This document shows, piece by piece, positions 1 to 9,155 of a DNA stretch of 64,000 nt. The DNA is from Patescibacteria group bacterium (lineage in GTDB: Bacteria > Patescibacteriota > Patescibacteriia > UBA2591 > UBA4787): positions 132,944-196,943 of the forward strand of contig JAQUSN010000002.1 of NCBI GenBank assembly GCA_028715115.1, written 5' to 3'. The notes beneath the pieces were generated by a model, which saw nothing but the letters and a program-made list of their open reading frames with translations, had not been told where the DNA came from and did no database searches. Numbering within the stretch: position 1 is the stretch's first letter; each line of letters begins with the position of its first letter. The translations under genes and the position numbers were made by a program.

Positions 1-174
1 CGAGAGTATCCTTGGTTACGACTTAGGATAGAGTGGTTTATAGGCGCTTCAAAAATGAAGTTACTTGGTGTAGGACGTTAAGGCATTTTAGATGTCGAAT
101 AAAATACAGCCCTAAATTCATCAACAATACGAATAAAGGGTAGTGATATTGACAGCATTCTACATAATCGTAAC

Positions 175-295
175 GCCAATGGCAATCTGTGCGTGCGCTA
201 CCTCTATTGGAATGGCAGCAGGTGGAGCTGGAACTACAACTGGCTTGACAACAACTTCAACGACAACAATCCGGCGCTGCTTCGCAACTCACTTC
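175..295 (+). repeat. DGR template repeat (TR) candidate. AAC/AAT-codon-rich tract: tgg aac tac aac tgg ctt gac aac aac ttc aac gac aac aat ccg gcg ctg ctt cgc.
   Basis: A run of AAC/AAT codons in one frame is the adenine-rich signature of DGR template repeats. It translates to the W-N-x-N style of C-type-lectin-fold variable regions. It is locally GC-rich relative to the genome. No ORF enters it from upstream; the frame is open from nt 103 but has no Met or start context. It lies directly beside the Avd-like and RT genes. Confidence 0.6.
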
Positions 296-704
296 ATTTC
301 TTCTCCCGATTCAGCTCGGGAGAAGTTTCTTTTAATAAATTACGGTGCCAACCGCCAAGCATTTTACCAATTTCATTAAGCGGTTCAGAGATAGCCAGAT
401 ATTTTTTGTTATCCAGCGACTTGATTAGCCAGGCAATTTGGAGAAAAAATTTTAGCAAGTCAAATCGGCTGACTGCTTTTTGCACATAAGGCAATTTCTT
501 GTCTTTGGGTAAATTTCCGGCGGTAAAAATTAACTCGATTACTTCGACGAATGTCGAATCAATTTTTGCACCCAAAGTAAAGCGTGATGTTTTGGGCAAG
601 TGTTGAACAATTTCGTGCCATAATTTGTAAGTTCCGATTAATCTATCTATGATTGGAAGGGTATTTAAAGCGGGGGGGGGGCAATTAAAGGAAGAATTTT
701 TCAT
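294..704 (-). CDS. avd: Avd-like four-helix-bundle accessory protein (DGR accessory variability determinant / 23S-rRNA-IVS four-helix-bundle family).
   Basis: From about residue 15 the product is all-helical. Its pattern (K.W..h...P....LG..I...V..A....K..Y...A..S...L...L.IA...K.L....Y..I...L.EIGKML.GW) matches the four-helix-bundle/Avd family. It is adjacent and divergent to the RT. The N-terminal 15 residues and the ATG at 704 are uncertain. Confidence 0.6.
   Translation of the reverse strand: MKNSSFNCPPPALNTLPIIDRLIGTYKLWHEIVQHLPKTSRFTLGAKIDSTFVEVIELIFTAGNLPKDKKLPYVQKAVSRFDLLKFFLQIAWLIKSLDNKKYLAISEPLNEIGKMLGGWHRNLLKETSPELNREKK
301..326 (+). promoter_or_regulatory. Perfect 9-bp stem-loop (cttctcccg / cgggagaag, 8-nt loop) immediately 3' of the AAC-rich repeat.
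   Basis: Seen directly in the sequence. GC-rich hairpins abutting DGR repeats are known to act in cDNA priming and homing. Whether this marks a TR or a VR end cannot be decided from sequence alone. Confidence 0.45.
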
Positions 705-1707
705 AAAAATTAAGTTAGATATTAAATTTAGTCAAATTACCGATTTAGAGAATTTACTCGAAGCCTGGCGAGAGTTTTTAAAGGGTAAAAAGAAAAAACC
801 TGATGTTGCGCTGTTTCAAAGGAATTTAATAGACAATATTTTTTCTTTACGCGACGATTTAATTAGCCGTACCTACAGGCACGGCGCTTATCAAGCTTTT
901 AATATTTCTGATCCTAAGCCAAGAAATATTCATAAAGCCACGGTGCGCGACAGGGTTTTACACCGTGCTATCTATCGTCAGCTTTATTCATTTTTTGATC
1001 GAATCTTTATCGCCAGTTCGTTTTCTTGTCGTCTTGGCAAAGGAACGCATCGAGGGCTTAAATATTTTCAATCCAATGGTTATAAAGTGAGTAAAAATAA
1101 TACCAGAACCGCTTGGATCTTAAAATGCGATATTAAGAAATTTTTCGCTAGCGTTGACCATAAAGCCTTGCTTAAAATTTTAGCCCAATATATTACCGAT
1201 CAAGATGTTTTATGGTTGCTCAAAGAGACTGTTGGCAGTTTTGAGAACAAGCCAAAAATAGGATTGCCGTTAGGCAATTTAACTTCGCAACTTTTTGCCA
1301 ACGTTTATCTTAACGAATTTGACCAATTTGTAAAACATAACCTAAAAGTTAAATATTATCTGCGCTATGCTGACGATTTTGTTTTACTCTCTGAAGATAA
1401 AAACTGGCTCGAGGGTCAGATTCCTCATCTTAAAACATTTCTTTCTGAAAGGTTACGCTTAACCATGCACCCACGAAAAATTTTTCTTAAAACCCTTGCT
1501 TCGGGTGTTGATTTTCTGGGCTGGGTTAATTTTTTCCACCATAGGGTGGTTAGGACGAGCACTAAAAAGAAGCTAACCAAGAGAATTAAAGCAAATCCGA
1601 CCAAAGAAACCATTGCTTCATATTTGGGATTATTGAGCCACGGGAATACATATAAATTAAAAAAGAAAATTAGACTGGCGGATAAATTCAAAAAAGACGG
1701 TGCGTGA
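649..1707 (+). CDS. DGR-type reverse transcriptase.
   Basis: RT motifs are present: YADDFVL (motif 5) and LPLGNLTSQLFANVYLNEFD (motif 4, with the SQ signature that, as far as I recall, marks DGR RTs). The N-terminus (NLLEAWREFLKGKKKK) is typical. At about 350 aa it has no maturase or endonuclease domain. A TR-like repeat and an Avd-like gene are adjacent. Confidence 0.8.
   Translation: MIGRVFKAGGGQLKEEFFIKIKLDIKFSQITDLENLLEAWREFLKGKKKKPDVALFQRNLIDNIFSLRDDLISRTYRHGAYQAFNISDPKPRNIHKATVRDRVLHRAIYRQLYSFFDRIFIASSFSCRLGKGTHRGLKYFQSNGYKVSKNNTRTAWILKCDIKKFFASVDHKALLKILAQYITDQDVLWLLKETVGSFENKPKIGLPLGNLTSQLFANVYLNEFDQFVKHNLKVKYYLRYADDFVLLSEDKNWLEGQIPHLKTFLSERLRLTMHPRKIFLKTLASGVDFLGWVNFFHHRVVRTSTKKKLTKRIKANPTKETIASYLGLLSHGNTYKLKKKIRLADKFKKDGA
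672..681. repeat. G10 homopolymer inside the overlapping 5' coding ends of the RT (reads KAGGGQ) and the Avd-like gene (reads CPPPA).
   Basis: Ten consecutive G in an AT-rich genome. It sits in codons 8-11 of both divergent overlapping ORFs. Confidence 0.9.
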
Positions 1708-1727
1708 GCAATCCGTCTTTTTTTTAT
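1692..1727. terminator. Bidirectional intrinsic terminator shared by the RT (+) and thrS (-): A-run, hairpin aagacgg/ccgtctt, then T8.
   Basis: Stem-loop flanked by an A-run and a T-run between convergent genes. The RT stop codon lies in the loop. Confidence 0.6.
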
Positions 1728-1745
1728 TAAAATAGATGAAAAATA

Positions 1746-3593
1746 TTATTTTTTATTATTAATCTCTTCTATAATTTTTTCGATAAATTTTTTCTTGGTC
1801 ATATTTTTGACCTCATCGCCGCCCTGCCCACCGGAGCCTTGGCGTAGGCGGGGAGCCCGAACGTTAAGATTTCTGCCTGATTTTTCTTTATCGCCGATAA
1901 CCAAGATATAAGGAATTTTATTTTTTTCGGCTTTACGTATTTTATAGCCAACGGTTTCATTCAAATCGTCAACTTCTACGCGTAAATCTAATTCATCAAA
2001 TTCTTTTTTAAGCTTCCGGCAAACTGCATCATGATTTTTGCCAACCGGGATTAGTTGAACTTGGATAGGCGAGAGCCAAACAGGGAAAGCGCCGCCGCAG
2101 TTTTCGATTAAGATAGCGACAAATCTTTCCATTGAGCCCAAAAGCGTACGGTGCAGCATAATAGGAGATTTTTCTTTGCCATCTTTATCAATATAAGTCA
2201 TTTGGAATCGAGTTGGCTCGTTCATGTCTAATTGGATTGTCGTGCCTTGCCATTCGCGGCCCATCGCGTCGACTGCCTTCAAATCAATAGCTGGACCATA
2301 GAATTTAGCGCCGCCAATGTCTTTTTGAAACTTTATTTTTCTCTTGGTCAATAATTCTTCTAAAACTTTTTCTGTGAATTGCCAAGTTTTTTCATTTTTA
2401 ATGTATTTATCTGTAATTTTTGGATCACGAACAGACAAATAAACATTCAATTTATTAAAACCAAAAGTTTTATTAATATCCAAGGCAAAATCAAGAATAC
2501 TATTAATTTCATCCACAAACTGATCTTCACGACAAATAATATGGGCATCGTCTTGAGTAAAGCCGCGCACTCTTAGCATTCCATGTAAAACACCGGATTT
2601 CTCGAAACGGTAAACACTACCCAATTCACACAGTCTCATCGGTAGATCTCGATAGCTTCGCAATTGTGATTTATAAATTCGGATATGAAAGGGGCAGTTC
2701 ATCGGTTTAATATAGTATTTTGTTTTTTCTCCAATATCTTTTTCCGCCATAGACATAGATGGATACATTCCTTCTTGAAAAGTCTCTAGATGGCCCGAAG
2801 TTTCCCAAAGGTTGCTAAGACCAATGTGAGGAGTATAGACGTATTGATAGCCGCGCTTACGATGTTGCTGCCGCCAATAATGTTCAATTTCTTCGCGTAC
2901 AATGGATAATTTCGGATGCCAAAGCACCAGGCCAGGTCCGACATAATCATCAATGCTGAATAAATCCAGGTCTTTGCCGATGCGACGATGGTCTCGTTTT
3001 TCGGCTTCTTCGATTTGTGTTAAATAACAGTCCAGGTCTTTCTGGCTGGCAAATGCCACGCCATAAACGCGCTGGAGCATTTTATTTTTTTCGTTGCCGC
3101 GCCAATAAGCGCCGGCAATTTTGGTCAATTTAAAGGCGCCTAAGCTTTGGGCGGAATTAACGTGCGGACCGCGGCATAAATCAATAAAATTTCCGGTTTG
3201 ATAAAGGCTGATGACGTTATTTTTATCCGTGGTCACTTCATGTTCGCCCTCTCCATTTAATTTAGTGGTGCCGTGTTTTTTGATATCTTCCAGAAGTTCA
3301 ACCTTGTAGGCTTGATTAAGTTTTTTGAAGGTAGAAATAGCCTCGTCAATCACGACCTCTCTTCGCTCAAATTTAACCCCGCGTTTAATCAATTGGCGCA
3401 TTTTTTGTTCGATTTTCGGCAAATCTTCCGGCGTTAAGGTACGTGGCAAATCAAAATCATAATAAAAGCCATTTTCAATTACCGGCCCAACGCCAAACTT
3501 AGCTTCGGGAAATAATTCTAAAATTGCAGCCGCGAGCAAGTGGCTGGTTGAATGGCGAACAACTTCGAGCTCAAATTTGTTTTTATCACTCAT
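1746..3593 (-). CDS. thrS: Threonyl-tRNA synthetase (short form without the N-terminal TGS extension).
   Basis: The N-terminal editing-domain sequence (HSTSHLLAAAILELFP) and a class II aaRS core give full-length similarity to ThrRS. Confidence 0.9.
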   Translation of the reverse strand: MSDKNKFELEVVRHSTSHLLAAAILELFPEAKFGVGPVIENGFYYDFDLPRTLTPEDLPKIEQKMRQLIKRGVKFERREVVIDEAISTFKKLNQAYKVELLEDIKKHGTTKLNGEGEHEVTTDKNNVISLYQTGNFIDLCRGPHVNSAQSLGAFKLTKIAGAYWRGNEKNKMLQRVYGVAFASQKDLDCYLTQIEEAEKRDHRRIGKDLDLFSIDDYVGPGLVLWHPKLSIVREEIEHYWRQQHRKRGYQYVYTPHIGLSNLWETSGHLETFQEGMYPSMSMAEKDIGEKTKYYIKPMNCPFHIRIYKSQLRSYRDLPMRLCELGSVYRFEKSGVLHGMLRVRGFTQDDAHIICREDQFVDEINSILDFALDINKTFGFNKLNVYLSVRDPKITDKYIKNEKTWQFTEKVLEELLTKRKIKFQKDIGGAKFYGPAIDLKAVDAMGREWQGTTIQLDMNEPTRFQMTYIDKDGKEKSPIMLHRTLLGSMERFVAILIENCGGAFPVWLSPIQVQLIPVGKNHDAVCRKLKKEFDELDLRVEVDDLNETVGYKIRKAEKNKIPYILVIGDKEKSGRNLNVRAPRLRQGSGGQGGDEVKNMTKKKFIEKIIEEINNKK

Positions 3594-3595
3594 AA

Positions 3596-4687
3596 TTATA
3601 AAGTTTTAAGCGAAATACGATCTTCGTTGGTAGGAGACTTAGTCACGAAAAATGGTGAAATTTTTATAACAAATCGTTCAACGTCTTCTATATTTTGCAG
3701 ATAAGATTTAATTTGATCTTTAGTTTTGCCAATGAAATAAACGCGGGCCAAAAGGTTGTTGTTTTCGTTAAGAATGGTTTCTCCGGCTAAATACATTTCA
3801 ATCGTCGCTCGCTGATTTTCGACATCGTAAGATTTTAATCGATAGCCGAAAGAAGAGCGGTCAACGCTGATTAATTTTTGTTCTGCCGGAACTTGGTTGA
3901 TTAGTTCTTGGTTGATAATTTTTAATAATTCATCTTCTTTTATTAGAGCCGCCGTAGTTTTTAGGGTCATTTTAACGGTAAAATTGTCTTTTTCTTCATT
4001 TACTTTTGCGTCAACTTGCGAGGAAACTACTTCTGGTCGAACCGCTATTTTCAGGCTCTGGTCATCTTTTTTCTTTTCAATATTTTCCAGCGCTTGTTTT
4101 TGCAGGCTATTTTTTAATGCGTTAGTCGCGTCATCTATATCTGTTTGCGTAACGATGCCAACTTTTTTAAAACCGCCGGTCATGGGCTCTTTGCTCTCGG
4201 CAAAAATCTTTTTTTGCAAAATAGCAGAAAGGCCGGGCAAGGTAAAGGTAGTCGGTCCTATTTCATAATCAGCGCCAGTTTTATCTGCTTTGATGTTCGC
4301 TTCAACTTTTTGGCCGGCTAAGACAATTATTTTTTGAGTCAGCCTGAATAATTTATTATCAGCTGATAAAAGGCGCGTGTTAGCAACTAGCGATTGGTTT
4401 TGGGCCGAATTATTGGTTATTATTACTTCGCCAGTGGCAAAGTCTTCCATGCTGGCCACGGTTTTAGGTTCGGCGGTTTGTTCGCCGCTGACAGTTTCTT
4501 CTATGATTTTTGCATTAACGGTGCCGGTAAAGTTAATTTCGGTGCGATGTTTTTTAGAATAAACCAATATGGTCGTACGGTATGACAATAATATCAAACC
4601 CAAAATCGTAAGAAGTAAAATAACGATAGTGAAAAGTCCAAAAAAATAACCAATCTTTTTATGCGGTGAAATAAATATAGTAGTCAT
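3596..4687 (-). CDS. Hypothetical membrane-anchored protein (N-terminal TM helix, extracytoplasmic domain).
   Basis: Long ORF in an operon position between dnaE and thrS. It has an N-terminal hydrophobic helix. No motif was recognised. Confidence 0.5.
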   Translation of the reverse strand: MTTIFISPHKKIGYFFGLFTIVILLLTILGLILLSYRTTILVYSKKHRTEINFTGTVNAKIIEETVSGEQTAEPKTVASMEDFATGEVIITNNSAQNQSLVANTRLLSADNKLFRLTQKIIVLAGQKVEANIKADKTGADYEIGPTTFTLPGLSAILQKKIFAESKEPMTGGFKKVGIVTQTDIDDATNALKNSLQKQALENIEKKKDDQSLKIAVRPEVVSSQVDAKVNEEKDNFTVKMTLKTTAALIKEDELLKIINQELINQVPAEQKLISVDRSSFGYRLKSYDVENQRATIEMYLAGETILNENNNLLARVYFIGKTKDQIKSYLQNIEDVERFVIKISPFFVTKSPTNEDRISLKTL

Positions 4688-4704
4688 ATGATTAATATAT
4701 CACA

Positions 4705-7700
4705 TTAATATTGCTTTGACAATAATTTTTGTTGAATTTTTTTAACGCTTTTTTCGATATTTTCTTCCATTAATTCTTCGGCTGTTTCGACGATTATTTT
4801 TGGCACGCCATCTTTGTCGGTTAAAGTTCCGGCCGCTAAAATAGTTTTATTTTCTTCAAAGAGATCAGGCATGACCAAAAGGGTTTTCGGGAACACTATG
4901 GCTTCGATGGAGCCGGATTCATCTTCTAATTTTATAAATAACATTGATTGCTTGTTTGAGGTTATAATTCTTTTAATATTAGTAATAATGCCGGCGATAA
5001 TCACGTAGCGCGTATTTAAGTTAGCGCCTTTTAAAAGTGAATTTATCGGTCTGGTCCATTTTTGTAATTCTTCTTTATGCTCTTTAAGCGGATGATCGGA
5101 GACGAATAATCCCAAAAGCTCTTTTTCCCAAAAAAGTTTTTGTTTTAATGGAGCAGGCTCGGTTTCGGTTAGGCGTAAACTGCTTTTGCCATTATTGTTT
5201 TGGAAAGAGCCAAAGAGATTTGTTTGGCCGTTCTGATGGTCTTGTTGTAACTTTTTATTGAAGTCAAGCAAAACCTCCATATTAACCAATAATTTATTTC
5301 TTTCGCCAAACTGGTCGAGGGATCCGGATTTTATAAAACTCTCAAGAGATTTTTTATTTAAGTCTTTTGTTTTAACGCGCGACAGAAAATCATCAAGTCC
5401 TTGATAGGCGCCGTTGGCTTTTCGTTCGGCAATAACTTCTTTAACAATACCTTCTCCGACATTTTTAATGGCTAGCAATCCGAATCTTATTTTTTTTGCT
5501 CCAACTACGGTAAAATTTTCTAAACTTTCGTTAATGTCGGGCGGGAGCACCTCCAATCCCATTTTTTTGCATTCTTCAACTTCAATAGCAATACGATCGC
5601 TGTCGTTTTGGTCGGAAGTTAAAAGAGCGGCCATAAATTCGGTGGGGTAGTTTGCCTTGAGATAGGCGGTTTGATAAGCGATTACGGCATAACAAGTAGC
5701 ATGTGATTTATTAAAACCATAACCGGCAAATGGTTCAATGAATTGCCAGACTCTTTCGGCCACTGAGCGATCGACGTTATTATTTATACATCCTTTGATG
5801 AATTTTACTTTTTGTTCTTGCAATAATTTGGCGATTTTTTTACCTACGGCTTTTCTCAAGACATCAGCTTCGGCCAAGGTGAAGCCTGCCAAGGCTCTAA
5901 CGGTTAGTAAAAGTTGTTCTTGATAAACGGCAATGCCATAAGTATTTTCCAGGATTGGTTTAAGTTTCGGATGCAAATAACTGGGTTCTTTTAATCCGTT
6001 TTTGGCGGCAATATAATCAGGGATAAGCTCCATCGGGCCGGGACGATACAAAGCAACCATGGCGATAATATCTTCCATCTGCGTTGGCTTTAATTGTTTT
6101 AGATATCGCCTCATGCCGCCGCTTTCAAATTGGAAAACGCCGATAGTGTAAGCAGCTTGGAATAATTTAAGAGTTTTCGGATCATTGAGCGGCAAATTAT
6201 CGAGATCAATTTCTTCTTTATAAATTCTTTTAATGATATTAAGCGCGGTTTCGATGAGCGTTAAATTTTTTAAACCCAAAAAGTCCATTTTCAACAAGCC
6301 CAATGCCTCCACGGCGTGCATCTCATATTGAGTGATGATAGTTTTTTCCGTGCCGGAAACATCATATTGTACCGGAACATATTGATCCAACGGTTCGGGC
6401 GTGATAACAATACCGCAGGCATGTTTAGACGCGTGGCGGGCGACGCCTTCTAGTTTTATTGCCGCGTTAATTATTTTTTTCACGTCAGAATTGGTGTCAT
6501 AATAATTTTTTAACTCAGATACTTTACTTAACGCTTCGCCCAATTTCATATTCATGGGAATCATTTTGGCCAACTTGTCGCAAAAGCTATAAGGATAATC
6601 CAAGACGCGACCGACGTCGCGCACCGCGGCGCGGGCAGCCATCGTCCCGAAAGTGATAATTTGCGCCACATGATCGCGGCCATATTTATTTTCAACATAA
6701 TGTATTACTTCATCGCGCCTGATATCGGCAAAATCTAAGTCAATATCAGGCATGGAGATTCTCTCCGGGTTTAAAAATCTTTCAAAAACTAAACCATAAG
6801 GCAGAGGATCGATATTAGTAATATTCAAAATATATGAAACGATTGAGCCGGCGGCTGAACCTCGGCCCGGTCCGACGACGATGCCATGTTCTTTAGCCCA
6901 CATAACAAAATCTTGGACAATTAAAAAGTAAGAAGCAAAGCCGGTTTTTTCGATAACGCTTAATTCGTATTTTAACCGTTCCATTACCTCGGGATTTTTG
7001 TCAGGATAGCGATGGGGCAGTCTCTCATAGCATAAATTACATAGGTAATCAAAGGGTGTTTCTCCTTCGGGCAGAGCAAAATAAGGGAGCTTGGTTTTAC
7101 CTAATTCTATCTCCAGGTTACAGGCATCGACGATTTTTTGCGTATTGGCAATGACTTCAGGATGATCCTTAAAGGCCTCTTCTATCATTTCTGGCGAACG
7201 GAAAGAATAGTCATCGCCCATCATATAAATCCGGTTATCGGTTTCTGATTTTTTTCTCTTCGTTTGCAGGCACAAAAGGATGTCTTGAATTTCAGCGTCT
7301 TCCTGGTGAATATAGTGGCAGTCGTTAGAGGCCACGATTGGAATATCGAATTTTTTGCTAAGCTCAAACATTTTTTTGTTAACGATTGATTGTTCCGGTT
7401 CGCCAGGATGGTGCTGTACTTCCAAATAAAAATTATCAGGGCCAAAAATTTCTTTATAATCTTGCAGGGCGCTTTCTAATTTGGCAGTTTGATTATTAAT
7501 TATTAATTTTGAAATTTCTCCGCCCAGACAAGCGCTCATGCCAATTAATCCTTGTGAATATTTTTTTAACGTCGGTTTATCGATTCTTGGTTTATAATAA
7601 AAACCCTCGAGGTGGGCAATGCTCGTGAGTTTAATTAAATTTTTGTATCCAATTTCATCTTTGGCAAGGAGCACCAGATGATAGGGCCGTTCGTCAATTT

Positions 7701-7935
7701 TTACCCGCTTGTCGTTCAGGCCGTTGGGGGCTAGATATACTTCGACGCCGATGATTGGTTTAATACCGGCCGCTTTGGCTTTTTGATAAAATTCAATGAC
7801 GCCATACATCACGCCGTGATCGGTAATGGCCAGAGATTTCATTTTGTATTTTTTTGCCTCTTCGATCAGATCTTCGATTTTAGCCATGCCGTCAAGAAGC
7901 GAAAAATGGGAGTGGACGTGAAGATGGTTAAACAT
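4705..7935 (-). CDS. dnaE: DNA polymerase III alpha subunit.
   Basis: PHP domain start (HLHVHSHFSLLDG), polymerase core, OB fold; 1076 aa. Confidence 0.95.
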   Translation of the reverse strand: MFNHLHVHSHFSLLDGMAKIEDLIEEAKKYKMKSLAITDHGVMYGVIEFYQKAKAAGIKPIIGVEVYLAPNGLNDKRVKIDERPYHLVLLAKDEIGYKNLIKLTSIAHLEGFYYKPRIDKPTLKKYSQGLIGMSACLGGEISKLIINNQTAKLESALQDYKEIFGPDNFYLEVQHHPGEPEQSIVNKKMFELSKKFDIPIVASNDCHYIHQEDAEIQDILLCLQTKRKKSETDNRIYMMGDDYSFRSPEMIEEAFKDHPEVIANTQKIVDACNLEIELGKTKLPYFALPEGETPFDYLCNLCYERLPHRYPDKNPEVMERLKYELSVIEKTGFASYFLIVQDFVMWAKEHGIVVGPGRGSAAGSIVSYILNITNIDPLPYGLVFERFLNPERISMPDIDLDFADIRRDEVIHYVENKYGRDHVAQIITFGTMAARAAVRDVGRVLDYPYSFCDKLAKMIPMNMKLGEALSKVSELKNYYDTNSDVKKIINAAIKLEGVARHASKHACGIVITPEPLDQYVPVQYDVSGTEKTIITQYEMHAVEALGLLKMDFLGLKNLTLIETALNIIKRIYKEEIDLDNLPLNDPKTLKLFQAAYTIGVFQFESGGMRRYLKQLKPTQMEDIIAMVALYRPGPMELIPDYIAAKNGLKEPSYLHPKLKPILENTYGIAVYQEQLLLTVRALAGFTLAEADVLRKAVGKKIAKLLQEQKVKFIKGCINNNVDRSVAERVWQFIEPFAGYGFNKSHATCYAVIAYQTAYLKANYPTEFMAALLTSDQNDSDRIAIEVEECKKMGLEVLPPDINESLENFTVVGAKKIRFGLLAIKNVGEGIVKEVIAERKANGAYQGLDDFLSRVKTKDLNKKSLESFIKSGSLDQFGERNKLLVNMEVLLDFNKKLQQDHQNGQTNLFGSFQNNNGKSSLRLTETEPAPLKQKLFWEKELLGLFVSDHPLKEHKEELQKWTRPINSLLKGANLNTRYVIIAGIITNIKRIITSNKQSMLFIKLEDESGSIEAIVFPKTLLVMPDLFEENKTILAAGTLTDKDGVPKIIVETAEELMEENIEKSVKKIQQKLLSKQY

Positions 7936-7952
7936 ATTTATAAATTAACGAG

Positions 7953-8195
7953 CTATTTCTGTCTTCTTTCTTTGATAAACTCGGTTACTTCTTTTATACC
8001 CTGTGTTATTAGGGCCATGAAGGTGGAAATTTTAATTTTTTCCTTTAAGTTTTCGGCAATTTTGTTAAAATGATTTATGACGCCAGATATTCTCTTTAAG
8101 ATAACCAGCCAATAAATCATAGAGATACAAACAAAAAGAGCCACTACGATTATGGCTGCACTGACGCTGTAATAAAAAAGATTTTGTGCGAACAT
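7953..8195 (-). CDS. Small hypothetical membrane protein (80 aa, one TM).
   Basis: ORF with a hydrophobic N-terminal segment on the same strand upstream of dnaE. Weak. Confidence 0.3.
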   Translation of the reverse strand: MFAQNLFYYSVSAAIIVVALFVCISMIYWLVILKRISGVINHFNKIAENLKEKIKISTFMALITQGIKEVTEFIKERRQK

Positions 8196-8293
8196 AGACT
8201 ATAAGTTAATATTTAAATATGTTAATAGCTTACCACTTTTTTCTTTTCAAGACAACCCCTTGTTGTTAATATTGTTTATGCTATAATGAATTT

Positions 8294-9154
8294 ATGGCTG
8301 ATTTAAACCAGGATCTAAACATTAAAGAAGTAAAATTTGCCAAATGGTATGAAACCAGGAAGGGTTTATTTAAAAAAATCCCGGTTTTGGTGCTAGTTTT
8401 AGTTTGTATTATAGTTTGGGCTGTTGGTATTAACCAGACTGTTAAATATTTTATAAACACTTCAGCATATCAGCAAACAATTTTTGGTTTAGTCAAAAAT
8501 TGGGTTGATTACGTTACTTATAACGAATCAAAAAAGCCTGCGCTTCCGGACGTAAATGTCGCGCCATTGATTTCGTATTTAGGTCCAGATAATTTATATC
8601 ATTATCATTTATTGGCCAAAGTCAAAAATAACGACAGCAATTGGATAATTTCATCGCTTAGCGGAGAATTTAAATTAGGGGACACGGTGATTTCTGTCAG
8701 TAATTTTTTTCTACCCAATGAGCAGAAATATTTAATGGCCTTAAATCAAACAAATCGTCAATTATTTTCTACGGCCGATTTTACCGTTACTGGTGTTTCT
8801 TGGCGCCGAGCAAGGCCGGACATTAAATCAAATCTATCCATAATCAATAATTTATCTTATCAGGACGTTAATTTTATACCCGGCGAAGTTGTCGGCGACA
8901 AAATTACGCCGGCGCGCGTTCAATTTATTGCCGCCAACCACTCAGCTTATTCTTTTTGGCAGACGATGGCTCAGCTTTTAATTTATCAAGGTAATAAAAT
9001 TGTTGACGCTTATCTCGTGCCCATAAATGATTGGATGACTGGCCAAGAAAAGTTCGTGGAAATAAATTTGATTCAACAATTTCCTTCTGTTACGAGGATT
9101 GAAATTATACCCAATATCGATTTGCTAAATAAAAATATTTTTATTAAGCCATAA
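8294..9154 (+). CDS. Hypothetical membrane-anchored protein (N-terminal TM).
   Basis: ATG preceded by an extended -10 (tgctataat). It is followed immediately by the SEDS gene. Confidence 0.5.
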   Translation: MADLNQDLNIKEVKFAKWYETRKGLFKKIPVLVLVLVCIIVWAVGINQTVKYFINTSAYQQTIFGLVKNWVDYVTYNESKKPALPDVNVAPLISYLGPDNLYHYHLLAKVKNNDSNWIISSLSGEFKLGDTVISVSNFFLPNEQKYLMALNQTNRQLFSTADFTVTGVSWRRARPDIKSNLSIINNLSYQDVNFIPGEVVGDKITPARVQFIAANHSAYSFWQTMAQLLIYQGNKIVDAYLVPINDWMTGQEKFVEINLIQQFPSVTRIEIIPNIDLLNKNIFIKP

Positions 9155-9155
9155 C

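Noticed and set aside
143-489. ORFs 143-379 and 193-489 overlapping the AAC-rich tract.
   Set aside because: They are translations of the TR or of the antisense of the Avd-like gene. No start context. The frame is open from nt 103 with no Met. They are better explained as a non-coding template repeat.
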